DNA of 64,000 nt. Source: an uncultured delta proteobacterium. Lineage in GTDB: Bacteria; Desulfobacterota; Desulfomonilia; Desulfomonilales; Desulfomonilaceae. The notes beneath the pieces are model-generated. The model saw nothing but the letters and a program-made list of their open reading frames with translations. It was not told the DNA's origin and searched no databases. Within the stretch, counting starts at the first letter, position 1. Each line of letters opens with the position of its first letter. This document shows, in pieces, positions 55,127 through 64,000 of the stretch. The translations under genes were made by a program, and so were the position numbers. The DNA lies in assembly GCA_963789265.1 (NCBI GenBank), contig CAWBKB010000007.1:128001-192000 (forward strand). Direction: 5' to 3'.

Positions 55127-56005
55127 ATGAAACAACGAAATACCCTGCAAAGGGCCAAACCCGAGATAGCAGCTTTTTTTGAATCCCGCCATGTAAAGAT
55201 TTTTTCACGCTCTGAACTCCGTCAGATTTTGAATCTCTACAGGGAGGAATGGGGCCTTCGAGCTTATGTGACTTTCCCCAAATTTAGCGCCTTTCTGATC
55301 GAAGAAATCGCTTTACAAATCGAAACCTGCTCTTTTTCTTCGCGACCTTACACAAGATTTACAGTTGGAGAAGTCCCTCTGTACAAACTTCTCCTGTCGC
55401 TGATCCCTGATTCTTATCTCTCGCATTTCACGGCTCTGGCTCTACATCAATTTACTGAGAAAATCCCCGATAAAATCTACTTGAATTTTCCACAGGAAAG
55501 GAAACTTCGAAAAAACCCTTCGCTAGATCAGAATTTGATAGATCGGGCCTTTCGGAGACCGGTAAGGGTTGCCAAGAATTCCGCCGCATTTCGTGGACAC
55601 GAGGTTCTGCTTCTGAACAGTATGGGGCACGGAGACCTGGGAATCATCGAGTCCAAGGGACCAGACGATTCGAAGATACGAATTACAGACAGAGAGAGGA
55701 CCCTCATAGATATCACGGTGAGACCGGTTTATTCGGGTGGAATTTCAAACGTGTTGGCGGCTTACAGGAAAGCCAAGGGGAAGGTATCGATTCGTAAACT
55801 GGCAGAAACGCTGAAGGCGTTAGATTTTGCTTATCCTTATAACCAGTCAATTGGATTCTGCCTTGAAAAATCGGGTTACATCGATTCCGAAATAGCCCTT
55901 CTCCGTGAATTCCCCATCCGATACGATTTCTATTTAGATTATCAGATGGCCGAAACCGACTATTCGAAAGACTGGCGACTGTACTTTCCAAAGGGTTTGG
56001 AATAG
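55127..56005 (+). CDS. AbiEi-like antitoxin-domain protein with no adjacent toxin
   Basis: YLSHFTALALH, ITDRERTLIDITVRP.YSGG, WRLYFP. Confidence 0.8.
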   Translation: MKQRNTLQRAKPEIAAFFESRHVKIFSRSELRQILNLYREEWGLRAYVTFPKFSAFLIEEIALQIETCSFSSRPYTRFTVGEVPLYKLLLSLIPDSYLSHFTALALHQFTEKIPDKIYLNFPQERKLRKNPSLDQNLIDRAFRRPVRVAKNSAAFRGHEVLLLNSMGHGDLGIIESKGPDDSKIRITDRERTLIDITVRPVYSGGISNVLAAYRKAKGKVSIRKLAETLKALDFAYPYNQSIGFCLEKSGYIDSEIALLREFPIRYDFYLDYQMAETDYSKDWRLYFPKGLE

Positions 56006-56068
56006 GCCTTGTCTTTATTGAGTAGCACTCCGAGAACAAAAGGAGGCACGACGCGAAGTCGCGAAAGC

Positions 56069-56481
56069 ATGGCCAAGCGCAGGAAGGTCTGGATGTATTG
56101 CCCGCCCAAACCGCGTAAGCCCAAGGTGCCTGATGGGGTGAAGCTTGAACTCTCGTCAAAAGCCCTCCAGCTTATCGATGACTATCTTAGGCCGCTGCAC
56201 ATCAAGCCTCCGCCTAAGAATCCCGAGTTCAACTATGCCACCGAACTCTTCACTCGTTGGTACCAAAGCTACTTCTACTTCTGTACCACGCGCGATCGCC
56301 GGGGCCAAATGCCATGTCCCCCACATTCGAGCATCGCTTCGCGAGGATGGGGTACGAAGGAGAAGGTAAGTTCAACCTCTCATATATTCGTTACACAGGC
56401 CAATGGTGGGTAATCCATTCAGGTCTCACCATGGATGAATGCCTCACGGCTATAAGAGATGAGCCGCACTTCATTCCATAG
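56069..56481 (+). CDS. Conserved hypothetical protein (DUF3024-like); frameshift ~56290
   Basis: RWYQSYFYFC joins PGPNA..PTFE.RFARM.Y...LSY.RYTGQW. Confidence 0.6.
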
Positions 56482-56870
56482 CGGCGGTAGGTCGGGCCGT
56501 GCCCGACGAAAACCGGCGGCAAGATCCCGGGGGTTCGTGCTGTAGGTGAGTTCCGGATTTGTTCGGTTATGTGACCAATGCAACTTGTCTCGCGAACGCC
56601 GGACTTGGACCCTTTTCTCCAGCAATGCGGTTGGCTTCACGCAGGAAGTCCTACTCGCTCAGACGCTTTCCAAGGTAATAGAATCAGGTAGGCTGGAGAC
56701 TGTCAATTTCTTCCTCGTTGCTCAATCAGGACATATTTGACCCCAACGATTCGTTATTGCCGGTTTTTGCGTGACCGAAGCTAAGAAACGTTAGATATGT
56801 GCTATTATGGTTTATCAAGTAGACTGAAAAGCCTTGAAATATCCGAGCCGGCAATTGAAGGGACGGATGC

Positions 56871-57578
56871 ATGAAATCTAAGCTCATGTCCATGGTTGAC
56901 GTTGATAAGGCAAAGCAATTCTTAGGGGACGTTGCTGTTCTAGCAAACTTGCCTGACGGGGCACTGAGAGGATTGGAAGAGGTGGTGCCCAAAGTTGCCG
57001 AAACCCACTCAGACCGGGATACACTTCAATTGCAGGAACAGACCGCCCAGCGCTTGGCCTTAGAACTGCCTAAGCTGAAGAGCGCTCTTGATGCCTCGCA
57101 ATTCTTCTTTTACCGGTTTAGTACGGAAGAGGAAGGCACTGAAGATTCTGTCTCGGACATTGTCCAAGATCTAGTGGAACTCAAAATCGTGCTTCCGAAT
57201 CGAATGGATTCGTTAACCAAGTATTTGACATCCCTAAGAAAATACGCCATCGATTTCGGTAGAATAAGAGTCAAAGCCCGAAGCACAACGATCAAGTGTC
57301 TTCCGGTCCTGAGCGGCATTGAGGTGGCCATAGATTATAGACCCGTCATGAAGCATCAATTTCAGCCAAGTGACAAAATTGACGATTATGAGCCAGAGTG
57401 CCTCGGCTTAGTCGCCGTGCCCGTGGTCAAACTAGAGTTGAAATGGGGACAAACTGACAACCATTTCATGTTTCAGACGGACAAAGCGACAATCCAAACA
57501 GTGATTGATTTCTTGAAGGGCGCTCAAAAAGATATGGAAGCAGCGGAACGGTTTCTTAACTTGGATGTTCTTGGATAG
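56871..57578 (+). CDS. COMMD-like protein (helical N-domain + COMM-like C-domain)
   Basis: LPVLSGIEVAIDYR...VPVVKLELKWGQTDNHFMFQTDKATIQTVIDFLKGAQKDM resembles the COMM domain three-strand + helix pattern. Confidence 0.6.
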   Translation: MKSKLMSMVDVDKAKQFLGDVAVLANLPDGALRGLEEVVPKVAETHSDRDTLQLQEQTAQRLALELPKLKSALDASQFFFYRFSTEEEGTEDSVSDIVQDLVELKIVLPNRMDSLTKYLTSLRKYAIDFGRIRVKARSTTIKCLPVLSGIEVAIDYRPVMKHQFQPSDKIDDYEPECLGLVAVPVVKLELKWGQTDNHFMFQTDKATIQTVIDFLKGAQKDMEAAERFLNLDVLG

Positions 57579-57593
57579 CGGCAGGGCACAGAT

Positions 57594-58052
57594 ATGGCTA
57601 AGATTATCCCTCTACGAGACCAACAAGAAAACACAAGGAGCTTCGGACCATTCTTGAGCGCGCCAAGAACCATGGAAGAGGGTGCAACGAAGGAGCGGGG
57701 CATTGATTGGCTTGACTTGCGAGATTTCGTGCCCGGCGAAAGTGAGCGAGCAGAAGTCGCCACCAAATATGGGCATCTCGACTGGACCGGCTATGTGCGT
57801 CCAATGGAGCCAGCGGACCTATTTGTTCCTGGTTACAGGTCTAAGGGAGCGAGATCAAGGAAGACAATCCGGCTGGTCTCTTTAGCTTTGAGTTCATCTA
57901 TTTCTAGCCTGATGTTTGCTGGCGGCCTGTTGTCTTATAGCATTGGGAATCTGCCCTCCCCTCTTTTCTTTTTTTCAATCGGCTTTCCGGCGCTGGGGGT
58001 GGCCATCGGGTCTTTCATTGCGTTGATGGAACAGGGATACCATGACGAATAA
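57594..58052 (+). CDS. Membrane protein with two C-terminal TM helices
   Basis: 152 aa, 15 nt after the COMMD-like gene; hydrophobic C-terminal hairpin. Confidence 0.65.
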   Translation: MAKIIPLRDQQENTRSFGPFLSAPRTMEEGATKERGIDWLDLRDFVPGESERAEVATKYGHLDWTGYVRPMEPADLFVPGYRSKGARSRKTIRLVSLALSSSISSLMFAGGLLSYSIGNLPSPLFFFSIGFPALGVAIGSFIALMEQGYHDE

Positions 58053-58278
58053 AGGCCAGACAACCTCGACCCGGTGGTTCAAGGATCTCTTACAGCACCT
58101 TCCACTGAAAAAAATAACGAGGGCACAAGCCGGCAACTACGTAATGGATGGCATAGGTGCCCTGTGCTTTATTGCCTTCATGTTCACGAAGCCCCCACCA
58201 ACCCATGCCCTCATTGCTCTCGTCTCTATCCTGTTGACTTTTGTCTGGTGTCATAACGTATCGCGCCCGAGACGTTAG
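58042..58278 (+). CDS. Small 2-TM membrane protein
   Basis: 78 aa, overlaps previous stop; two hydrophobic segments. Confidence 0.6.
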   Translation: MTNKGQTTSTRWFKDLLQHLPLKKITRAQAGNYVMDGIGALCFIAFMFTKPPPTHALIALVSILLTFVWCHNVSRPRR

Positions 58279-58443
58279 TAAGAGCTTGGAGGGGTGAGAG
58301 AATGAGGCTAGAATTGTTAGGATCAACGGAGACGGGGTAGTCTAAAGCCTCTTTTCCGACGATGCAGTTCGTTTCGCTGACCACATCCGCTACGCGCCCC
58401 GAGAAAAGAGTGATCTGCAGTTTGGGAGAAAGAGTAAAGACAA

Positions 58444-59556
58444 GTGCCTGATAATAAAAACCAGCACTATGTGCCTCGATTTTATTTGAAAAATTTTTCA
58501 GATCACGGCGGGCGCACCATTAACCTATTTAATATTAAGAGAAGGCTCTCTGTGAGAAATGCACCTTTGCGACAACAATGTTGTGAACCATATTTTTATG
58601 GCAAGACTCCTGAAATAGAAAAAATATTTCAAGAACTTGAAAACATGGTGTCCCGAACAATCAATAACATATTGTCGACCTCCACAATTCCTCCTCGACA
58701 TTCAAGGGAATATGCTGAACTTCTCATCTATTTGATTGTGCAACGCCAGAGGACGAAGACTGCTGCCGAGGAATGTGACGAAGTATCTGACCAAATGTGT
58801 AAGATTATGCTTCGAAAAGATCCCGAATTGGATGCAGAGACCCTGGCTCACCTCAATGACGTGAGAATAGTTACTACGAATCCAACGGCAATGCCCATGC
58901 TCATTGCCGTAAGAGAATTCCCTTTAGCGCTCGATTTGGAGGCAAAAGTCATCTCTAACCGATCAAATGAGCCGTTTATCACTAGTGACAATCCCGTCGT
59001 GTTTTACAACCAATATATGGAAAACTTCCAAGGAGCTAGTTGTACGGGGTTGGCGTCGCTGGGTCTCCAGATGTTCCTGCCTTTATCCGGTAGAATTATG
59101 CTGCACTTTTACGATCCTAGCGTATATAGAATCAGGACGAACGACTCGAACGTCTGTGAAATTAGCAGTGATGCGGAGTCGCTTAAATTCAATCAGTTGC
59201 AATGGTTGAACGCTCGTGAAAACGTCTACTACTCTGATCAGTCAACACCAATTTCTATATCTTCTCAGGCGCAACTATTCCTGAGGAATCACTCACACAG
59301 CATTCCGATAGTCAGGGAATATCCTATAGGCGGGAACGAAACGCGGTTCATGATTCATAAGTCGGATCAACGAACAAGGCTTCGGCCTAGTTTCGCCAGC
59401 ATCAGAAAGTCAAAGAAGAAATTGCGCCATTCGCTGCAATGGCCCGCCGTTCGTAATAAGAATGTTGTGGAAGCACTTCAGCATTTCGGGAAAACGAATG
59501 AAGGCCGGGCTTGGAGCGGAAATGATTTCTTGAACTTTTTGCATCGGGGGAGATAG
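58444..59556 (+). CDS. DUF4238-domain protein
   Basis: NQHYVPRFYLKNF, IEKIFQELE, FITSDNPV, FLPLS. Confidence 0.88.
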   Translation: MPDNKNQHYVPRFYLKNFSDHGGRTINLFNIKRRLSVRNAPLRQQCCEPYFYGKTPEIEKIFQELENMVSRTINNILSTSTIPPRHSREYAELLIYLIVQRQRTKTAAEECDEVSDQMCKIMLRKDPELDAETLAHLNDVRIVTTNPTAMPMLIAVREFPLALDLEAKVISNRSNEPFITSDNPVVFYNQYMENFQGASCTGLASLGLQMFLPLSGRIMLHFYDPSVYRIRTNDSNVCEISSDAESLKFNQLQWLNARENVYYSDQSTPISISSQAQLFLRNHSHSIPIVREYPIGGNETRFMIHKSDQRTRLRPSFASIRKSKKKLRHSLQWPAVRNKNVVEALQHFGKTNEGRAWSGNDFLNFLHRGR

Positions 59557-59649
59557 TAAGTCAAGCCCGCACCTGACGCTCCCGGCGGTCACAGGCTGCC
59601 CTACGCGCCTGCGATCTTGACAGGAGGCACATTAAAGACCTCATAATTC

Positions 59650-59875
59650 ATGGCCTTTCACATCGTCCCTTGGACGGACCCGAACGTTCTTTTCGATCCC
59701 CGCCGACCTCTTCGCCGTGGCAACCTCAAGCTCACATCTACTATTGTAGATTCATCCAATCTTGAGGCGTGGTTCCGAAGTACCTGGCCAAACGGAGGGC
59801 TGTGTCTGCTGTGATACTGCTTTTCTCCGTGATAATGCGGTTGATCCTGCCGGCGTTCGGGGAAACCATACTTAT
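59650..59875 (-). pseudogene. higA: 5'-truncated higA antitoxin relic
   Basis: RINRIITEKSSITADTALRLARYFGTTPQDWMNLQ then stops; homologous to 62552-62887. Confidence 0.75.
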
Positions 59876-59928
59876 TTCGGTCCTGCTTTCCACGCCCTGC
59901 CTGGCAATCCATAGCGCCGGGCTCAACC

Positions 59929-60564
59929 TTAGCTTAATAACCCCACAAGCACCGCGGTCACAACAATTTGTAGCGCAACCACGGCCGTAATCCAATGCGG
60001 CCTGTGTGCCAAGAATCTTTCCGGGCCGGGCACTGCTTTCAAAAAGAAAGAGGCATTAGCCAGATTAAAGAGTAGGATTGTCCAAAAGAGTGCCCTGCCG
60101 CCTCCGTATATCCAGCAGCAGAAAATCCCGTAGATTGTCTCGAATACGAAGGCAACAGCGGGCTTCTCATAGAGCCCCAGACCGATCTTTCTTTTGTCCA
60201 GAAATGGCGCGATGGCAATGTCACGGGCATGACTGATCAGGTCAAGCACAAGGTGAGAACATATCCCCAGCGAGACGGCTGTTGCTATATTGATTTCCTT
60301 GAAGCCCAAAGCAATAATTATCCATGCGCCGGCTGCCAAAACAACAGTGGAGGCAATAGAGTGAGAAAAAGGCATAAACTCAAGATGTACGTCGCTGACC
60401 GAGGTCACGTTGTTTTCAGTTGTTGTCTTTTCCACACCCAAAAAGTTTAACGCGACCCAGAGGATTTCTATAAGTTGAACTGACACCAATATTACGGCCA
60501 TCGGTACATCGGGATATATCTTTTTGATAATCAGACCGGTGGCTGCGTGATTTATAGCGAACAT
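59929..60564 (-). CDS. Membrane protein, metal-dependent hydrolase-like
   Basis: NH...PFSHS...SHLVLDLISH; several TM segments. Confidence 0.8.
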   Translation of the reverse strand: MFAINHAATGLIIKKIYPDVPMAVILVSVQLIEILWVALNFLGVEKTTTENNVTSVSDVHLEFMPFSHSIASTVVLAAGAWIIIALGFKEINIATAVSLGICSHLVLDLISHARDIAIAPFLDKRKIGLGLYEKPAVAFVFETIYGIFCCWIYGGGRALFWTILLFNLANASFFLKAVPGPERFLAHRPHWITAVVALQIVVTAVLVGLLS

Positions 60565-60877
60565 CAGCTCGCCCTCTGCATAGGCTTCATTGCGACAAAT
60601 TCCCTTGACTCAATGAGCACGTACGTTTCCTAATTTAAGGATGCGGTCGTGGCGATCTTGGTTCAGCTTCTTATTATATGACTCGAAAGGGAGGGCTAGA
60701 TCCGCGAAGTTGCTAAGGTAGTTGAAAGGGATTGAGGTTGGACTAGGTCCATATCGGTAGGTCGGGCCTTGCCCGACGCAAACCGGCGGCCACGGGCCAC
60801 CTTACAGGTCAGCAGAGAATTAGCGATGGTGTCCCCGGAATTTGACATTAATTCTTCGAACTACCCATAAACACAGC

Positions 60878-61216
60878 TCAGTCCCCGGCTGTAGCCGTCT
60901 CGCTTTCGTCGATAGACGAGAAATTCGTAATCTTCACTTTACCATCAGGGAAACAAGCCACGATGTCGAGAGTTCCTCCCATACCCTCAATCGCCGCTCG
61001 CAGCGTTGAGATATACATGTCGGTACGTTTTTCCAGCTTGGCTACGTTGGGTTGTTTGATGTTCAACGCCTCAGCAAGCTTTACTTGAGATATTCCCCGC
61101 GCACGTCTCAATTCGTGCAGTGCCATTTCAGCAACCATCTTTTGATAGAGCCCATGAGCCCGAGCCCTTGATTCGTCAGACATCTTTGCTCTTAGTTCAG
61201 CAAACTTACGAGCCAT
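60878..61216 (-). CDS. XRE/HTH antitoxin without toxin
   Basis: LHELRRARGISQ..LA..L.IKQ.NVAKLEKRTDMYISTLR..IE.MGG.L. Confidence 0.88.
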   Translation of the reverse strand: MARKFAELRAKMSDESRARAHGLYQKMVAEMALHELRRARGISQVKLAEALNIKQPNVAKLEKRTDMYISTLRAAIEGMGGTLDIVACFPDGKVKITNFSSIDESETATAGD

Positions 61217-61290
61217 TTTCCTAGCCCTTCCATCTGGATCTTGATCGCTTCGATGGGATGCGATTACATTCGCACACTACATCCTCCCCA

Positions 61291-61854
61291 CTAGTCCACC
61301 AACCCTGTTCTGTCGAAAACAGAAAGAATTATAGTAAGAATGCCTGCCGGATCGTATTTTGCCCCCAGTTTGGGCACCCAGTATCTTCCGTGTGCCAGCC
61401 AATGTCGATAATTCAGAGTTCCTTTGAAAAGTCCGACGTATGGCTTCGACTCTGGCACCTTTTCTGCCCATATATCAAGTATGTCATCTTCGAGAATTAT
61501 ATTGAGTCTGCTATTGTTGCGCCGTTTATATATACTTTGAAACTCTCGGCTCACATCGTCCTTTTTCTTATGGTATACGCGTTGCAAAAAATCTACGCGG
61601 AAAGCCGCTTCAGCGGACGCAATCAAAAATAAGCATGCTTGCTGATCTGTCTCCTCAAAATTTTGTTTAAAGAATTCATCAATTTCTCGAAGGTCCATCG
61701 CGAAAAATTTCGGGTCGCTACCGGTTAGACCGAGTAACCGATTGTGCTTCGTCTGTTCATACATTTGGACCATGCTATCTCGCATATTTTCGTAATATTG
61801 CCAAACGTCGGCCACCGTGTGCTGGTCGGGATTGATCGAAGCCTTCTTCGTCAC
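61291..61854 (-). CDS. Putative HEPN-domain RNase
   Basis: SAEAAFR helix and YRHWLAHG (RxxxxH). Confidence 0.65.
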   Translation of the reverse strand: MTKKASINPDQHTVADVWQYYENMRDSMVQMYEQTKHNRLLGLTGSDPKFFAMDLREIDEFFKQNFEETDQQACLFLIASAEAAFRVDFLQRVYHKKKDDVSREFQSIYKRRNNSRLNIILEDDILDIWAEKVPESKPYVGLFKGTLNYRHWLAHGRYWVPKLGAKYDPAGILTIILSVFDRTGLVD

Positions 61855-62303
61855 TCCATTACCTCGCTCAGGATGTCTTGGAAAGACTGCTCATCAAAAG
61901 GCAACGTCTTGATTTTAGGCGTTCTTTCGACAACAAACCATTGATCGTTGTTGAATATGATCGATCTTGCGGCTCTATGACCCTTTAGATCTATTCGTCC
62001 TTGGGCGCCAATGATTAAGGTCCCCTTAGGGTAGAAAATAACTTCTTGATTTCCGATGTAGATTTTCAAGATGTCGGCCTCATAGGAACCAATCGGTTCT
62101 TCTTCTAACCTGGCGCTTTTTCTTTCGAACCGTACCACTTTCTCTTTGACCAGGGGCTCCAGCCAGGCAACAACTTGGTTATAAAGTTGGTCAATATTTT
62201 TCAGCCATGTGTTTTTCTTGAGTTCCCAGTCTACCTCTGCCTCAGGCTTGCTCTCCTTGGCTTTGGCCCTGAGAAATACTTGCAAGTCGTTGGTACCGTT
62301 CAT
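61851..62303 (-). CDS. Hypothetical protein coupled to the HEPN gene
   Basis: AAGGAG RBS; GTGA overlap; PKGTLIIGAQGRIDL motif. Confidence 0.75.
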   Translation of the reverse strand: MNGTNDLQVFLRAKAKESKPEAEVDWELKKNTWLKNIDQLYNQVVAWLEPLVKEKVVRFERKSARLEEEPIGSYEADILKIYIGNQEVIFYPKGTLIIGAQGRIDLKGHRAARSIIFNNDQWFVVERTPKIKTLPFDEQSFQDILSEVME

Positions 62304-62551
62304 CACAAACTCTCCTTTGTCCGAATGGTGCCGCGATCGATTCAAGCCCGAGAACATTTAATTCTGCGGACACCAACGTCAATTTGCTCCATTCCTTTAT
62401 GTCGGTCCAGGTTTTTCTTGGAATTTTCGAATCTAGCCGTTTCTCAAGCGGGCGCAGTCTTGGCTAGTCGCCATGCTGCCTCCTATACTCCAACCATGGT
62501 TCGCCCAGAATACGGCAATTCATGCAAAATTCAGATCTTTCCGGTCGAATG

Positions 62552-62887
62552 TTAATACTGCTGCAATCCAAGAGCTTTCACCTCATCTCTTGGACGGATC
62601 TGAACGTTCTTTTCGATCTCAGCCGAATTTTTCGCCTTGTCAACCTCAAGCTCATATCTGGATTGTAGATTCATCTAAACTTGAGGCGTGGTTCCGAAAT
62701 AGAGTGCCGAACGAAGAGCAGTATCCGCGGTAATATTGCTTTTCTCGGTCACAATGCGGTTGATCCTCCCGGGATCGACATCGAGTGCTTCGGCGAGCTT
62801 ATTCTGACTCAAACCCAAAGGTTCCATGAAAAGCTCCAGGAGAACTCGTCCCGGATGGATAGGCGGTCTTACGATTTCATCAGACAC
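62552..62887 (-). pseudogene. higA: higA antitoxin with an internal amber stop (62675-62677)
   Basis: PIHPGRVL.E.F.EPLGLSQ..LA; TAG where the other copy has TGG (W); reading continues MNLQSRYELEV. Confidence 0.8.
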
Positions 62888-63406
62888 GACGATTTCTCCT
62901 CAGTGGCAATCTACAAGCCCTGGTCGGACAAGGGGAAAGTGAAAAAGGTTCGGGTTGGCTCGATACGAGACTCTGATTCGCGCGTTCCTCGATCACGGCA
63001 GCATGTCTACGGCTCTGTGCTCCGCTCACCTTCCCCGAGATCTCATCTCTCCGAATTCCAAGTCACCCTGCCTCGGCATGCCCGGCGTCTCGCCTCTTTC
63101 TTTCGGTCGACAAAAGCCCCGGGCTTACGATGCAGGCGCAGAAGCGGCACCAGAGGATTTCGCGGTCTCAAAATGTGGCGGGTCGGCTTCAATTGCTTGT
63201 CTCCTGTACTTCCGTATACTAAAGTTGACATCATGATTCAACATAGGTTCAGTCTTGAGGTTGATAATCGTAGACCTCGATTTGAGTCGATGTCCGTAAA
63301 CTTTTTTGATTGCCAAACTACTTACTGAGTGAGGAAAGATGAGACTGTTCACTGTGTGGTTGCCCACCGTCCTTATATCCGAGCCAATGAGAAAAGTGAG
63401 ACCTCG

Positions 63407-64000
63407 ATGATGAATAGGAAAGTTCTGCTGGCGGCCGGTCTTGCCGCTTTGATAGCGGCTATGCTGGTCGGATACCGCATGAAAGCCGAAGGAGAGCGGA
63501 GTTCATCTCCGAACCAAAATCCGCAAAAGGTGAAAACCGTTCCGGCGGAAACTGTTCCGATCAAGACAGAGGTCACGGTTTCTGGAACGGTGATTGGCAG
63601 GCAGACCGCGGTAATTTCAGCCAAGATATCCGGGTACGTGGATGACTTGAGAGTGAACCCGGGAAATCATGTCAAAATGGGTCAGGTGTTGCTTCAAATC
63701 GGTGCGCGAGCATTGGCCGAAAAGAAAGCTCAGGCGAAAGCCGCTCTTGACGCGGCAAAAGCGACTTTGGCCGATGCCAAGAAGAATCTTGACCGCTACA
63801 CACCGCTATTTAAGGCCCAAGCCATCTCCAAGCAACAGTACGAGGACATTCGGACTCGTTACGATGTGGCCCAGGCTGCGGAGCAACAGGCGCAGGCTGC
63901 GCTGGACGAATCAATACAGCAACTTTCTTACGGCAAGGTGAGATCTCCTTTTGACGGTATAGTGAGCGAAAGGTCTGTCAATTTGGGCGATTTGGTCATG
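63407..64000 (+). CDS. RND efflux periplasmic adaptor subunit (3'-partial)
   Basis: N-terminal TM, ISAKISGYV..L.V.PG..VK.GQVL, helical hairpin, VRSPFDGIV; runs off the window. Confidence 0.92.
   Translation, partial: MMNRKVLLAAGLAALIAAMLVGYRMKAEGERSSSPNQNPQKVKTVPAETVPIKTEVTVSGTVIGRQTAVISAKISGYVDDLRVNPGNHVKMGQVLLQIGARALAEKKAQAKAALDAAKATLADAKKNLDRYTPLFKAQAISKQQYEDIRTRYDVAQAAEQQAQAALDESIQQLSYGKVRSPFDGIVSERSVNLGDLVM

Larger units (their letters stand above)
51820..60805 (+). repeat. Five co-oriented GTAG REP/REPIN copies (51820-51854; 52514-52764 interrupted; 56484-56520; 59556-59604 degenerate; 60755-60805)
   Basis: GGTAGGTCGGGCCGTGCCCGAC...GGCGGCCACGGGCCGCCCTAC. Confidence 0.75.

Noticed and set aside
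62675..62677. Amber read-through (pyrrolysine) in higA
   Set aside because: TAG replaces a conserved Trp codon by one transition and the toxin is missing; simple decay is more likely
53000..63000. Integron cassette array
   Set aside because: No integron integrase or RYYYAAC...GTTRRRY attC structures noticed; genes lie in both orientations

Overview
Chromosomal DNA, probably from a Desulfomonile-like deltaproteobacterium (inferred from gene content and repeat families). There are five blocks. (1) 0.3-18.2 kb: a co-oriented podovirus-like virion module (SU10/DUF5309-type major capsid, fibre, lysis cassette, adaptor, very large Kelch-containing nozzle, ejection-like protein, terminase). No integrase, replication or portal gene lies in the window and host repeats are inserted between the genes, which suggests a domesticated prophage or GTA-like element. 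(2) 19.6-26.8 kb: a ~1,130-aa putative defence gene split by a 3,718-bp IS1595-family transposon (32-bp IRs, 8-bp TSD) that carries a complete type II R-M system and a P63C gene. (3) 27-38.6 kb: housekeeping genes (LysR, thioesterase, HMG-CoA lyase, AAA ATPase, REC-GGDEF, ahcY, metK, MATE, IHF). (4) 38.7-52.5 kb: an ER-KS-AT-ACP-KR-DH type I PKS with PPTase, B12-radical SAM and a divergent thioester reductase, probably making an unusual lipid. (5) 53-63 kb: a defence/TA island with AbiE, long perfect operator palindromes, DUF4238, a HEPN pair, higA relics and an operon whose first gene closely resembles eukaryotic COMMD proteins, followed by two small membrane proteins. A partial RND adaptor gene ends the window. 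Many genes, including ahcY, carry single 1-2-nt frameshifts, often in homopolymer or dinucleotide runs, most likely assembly errors. All family calls come from reading motifs by eye; no database searches were run.
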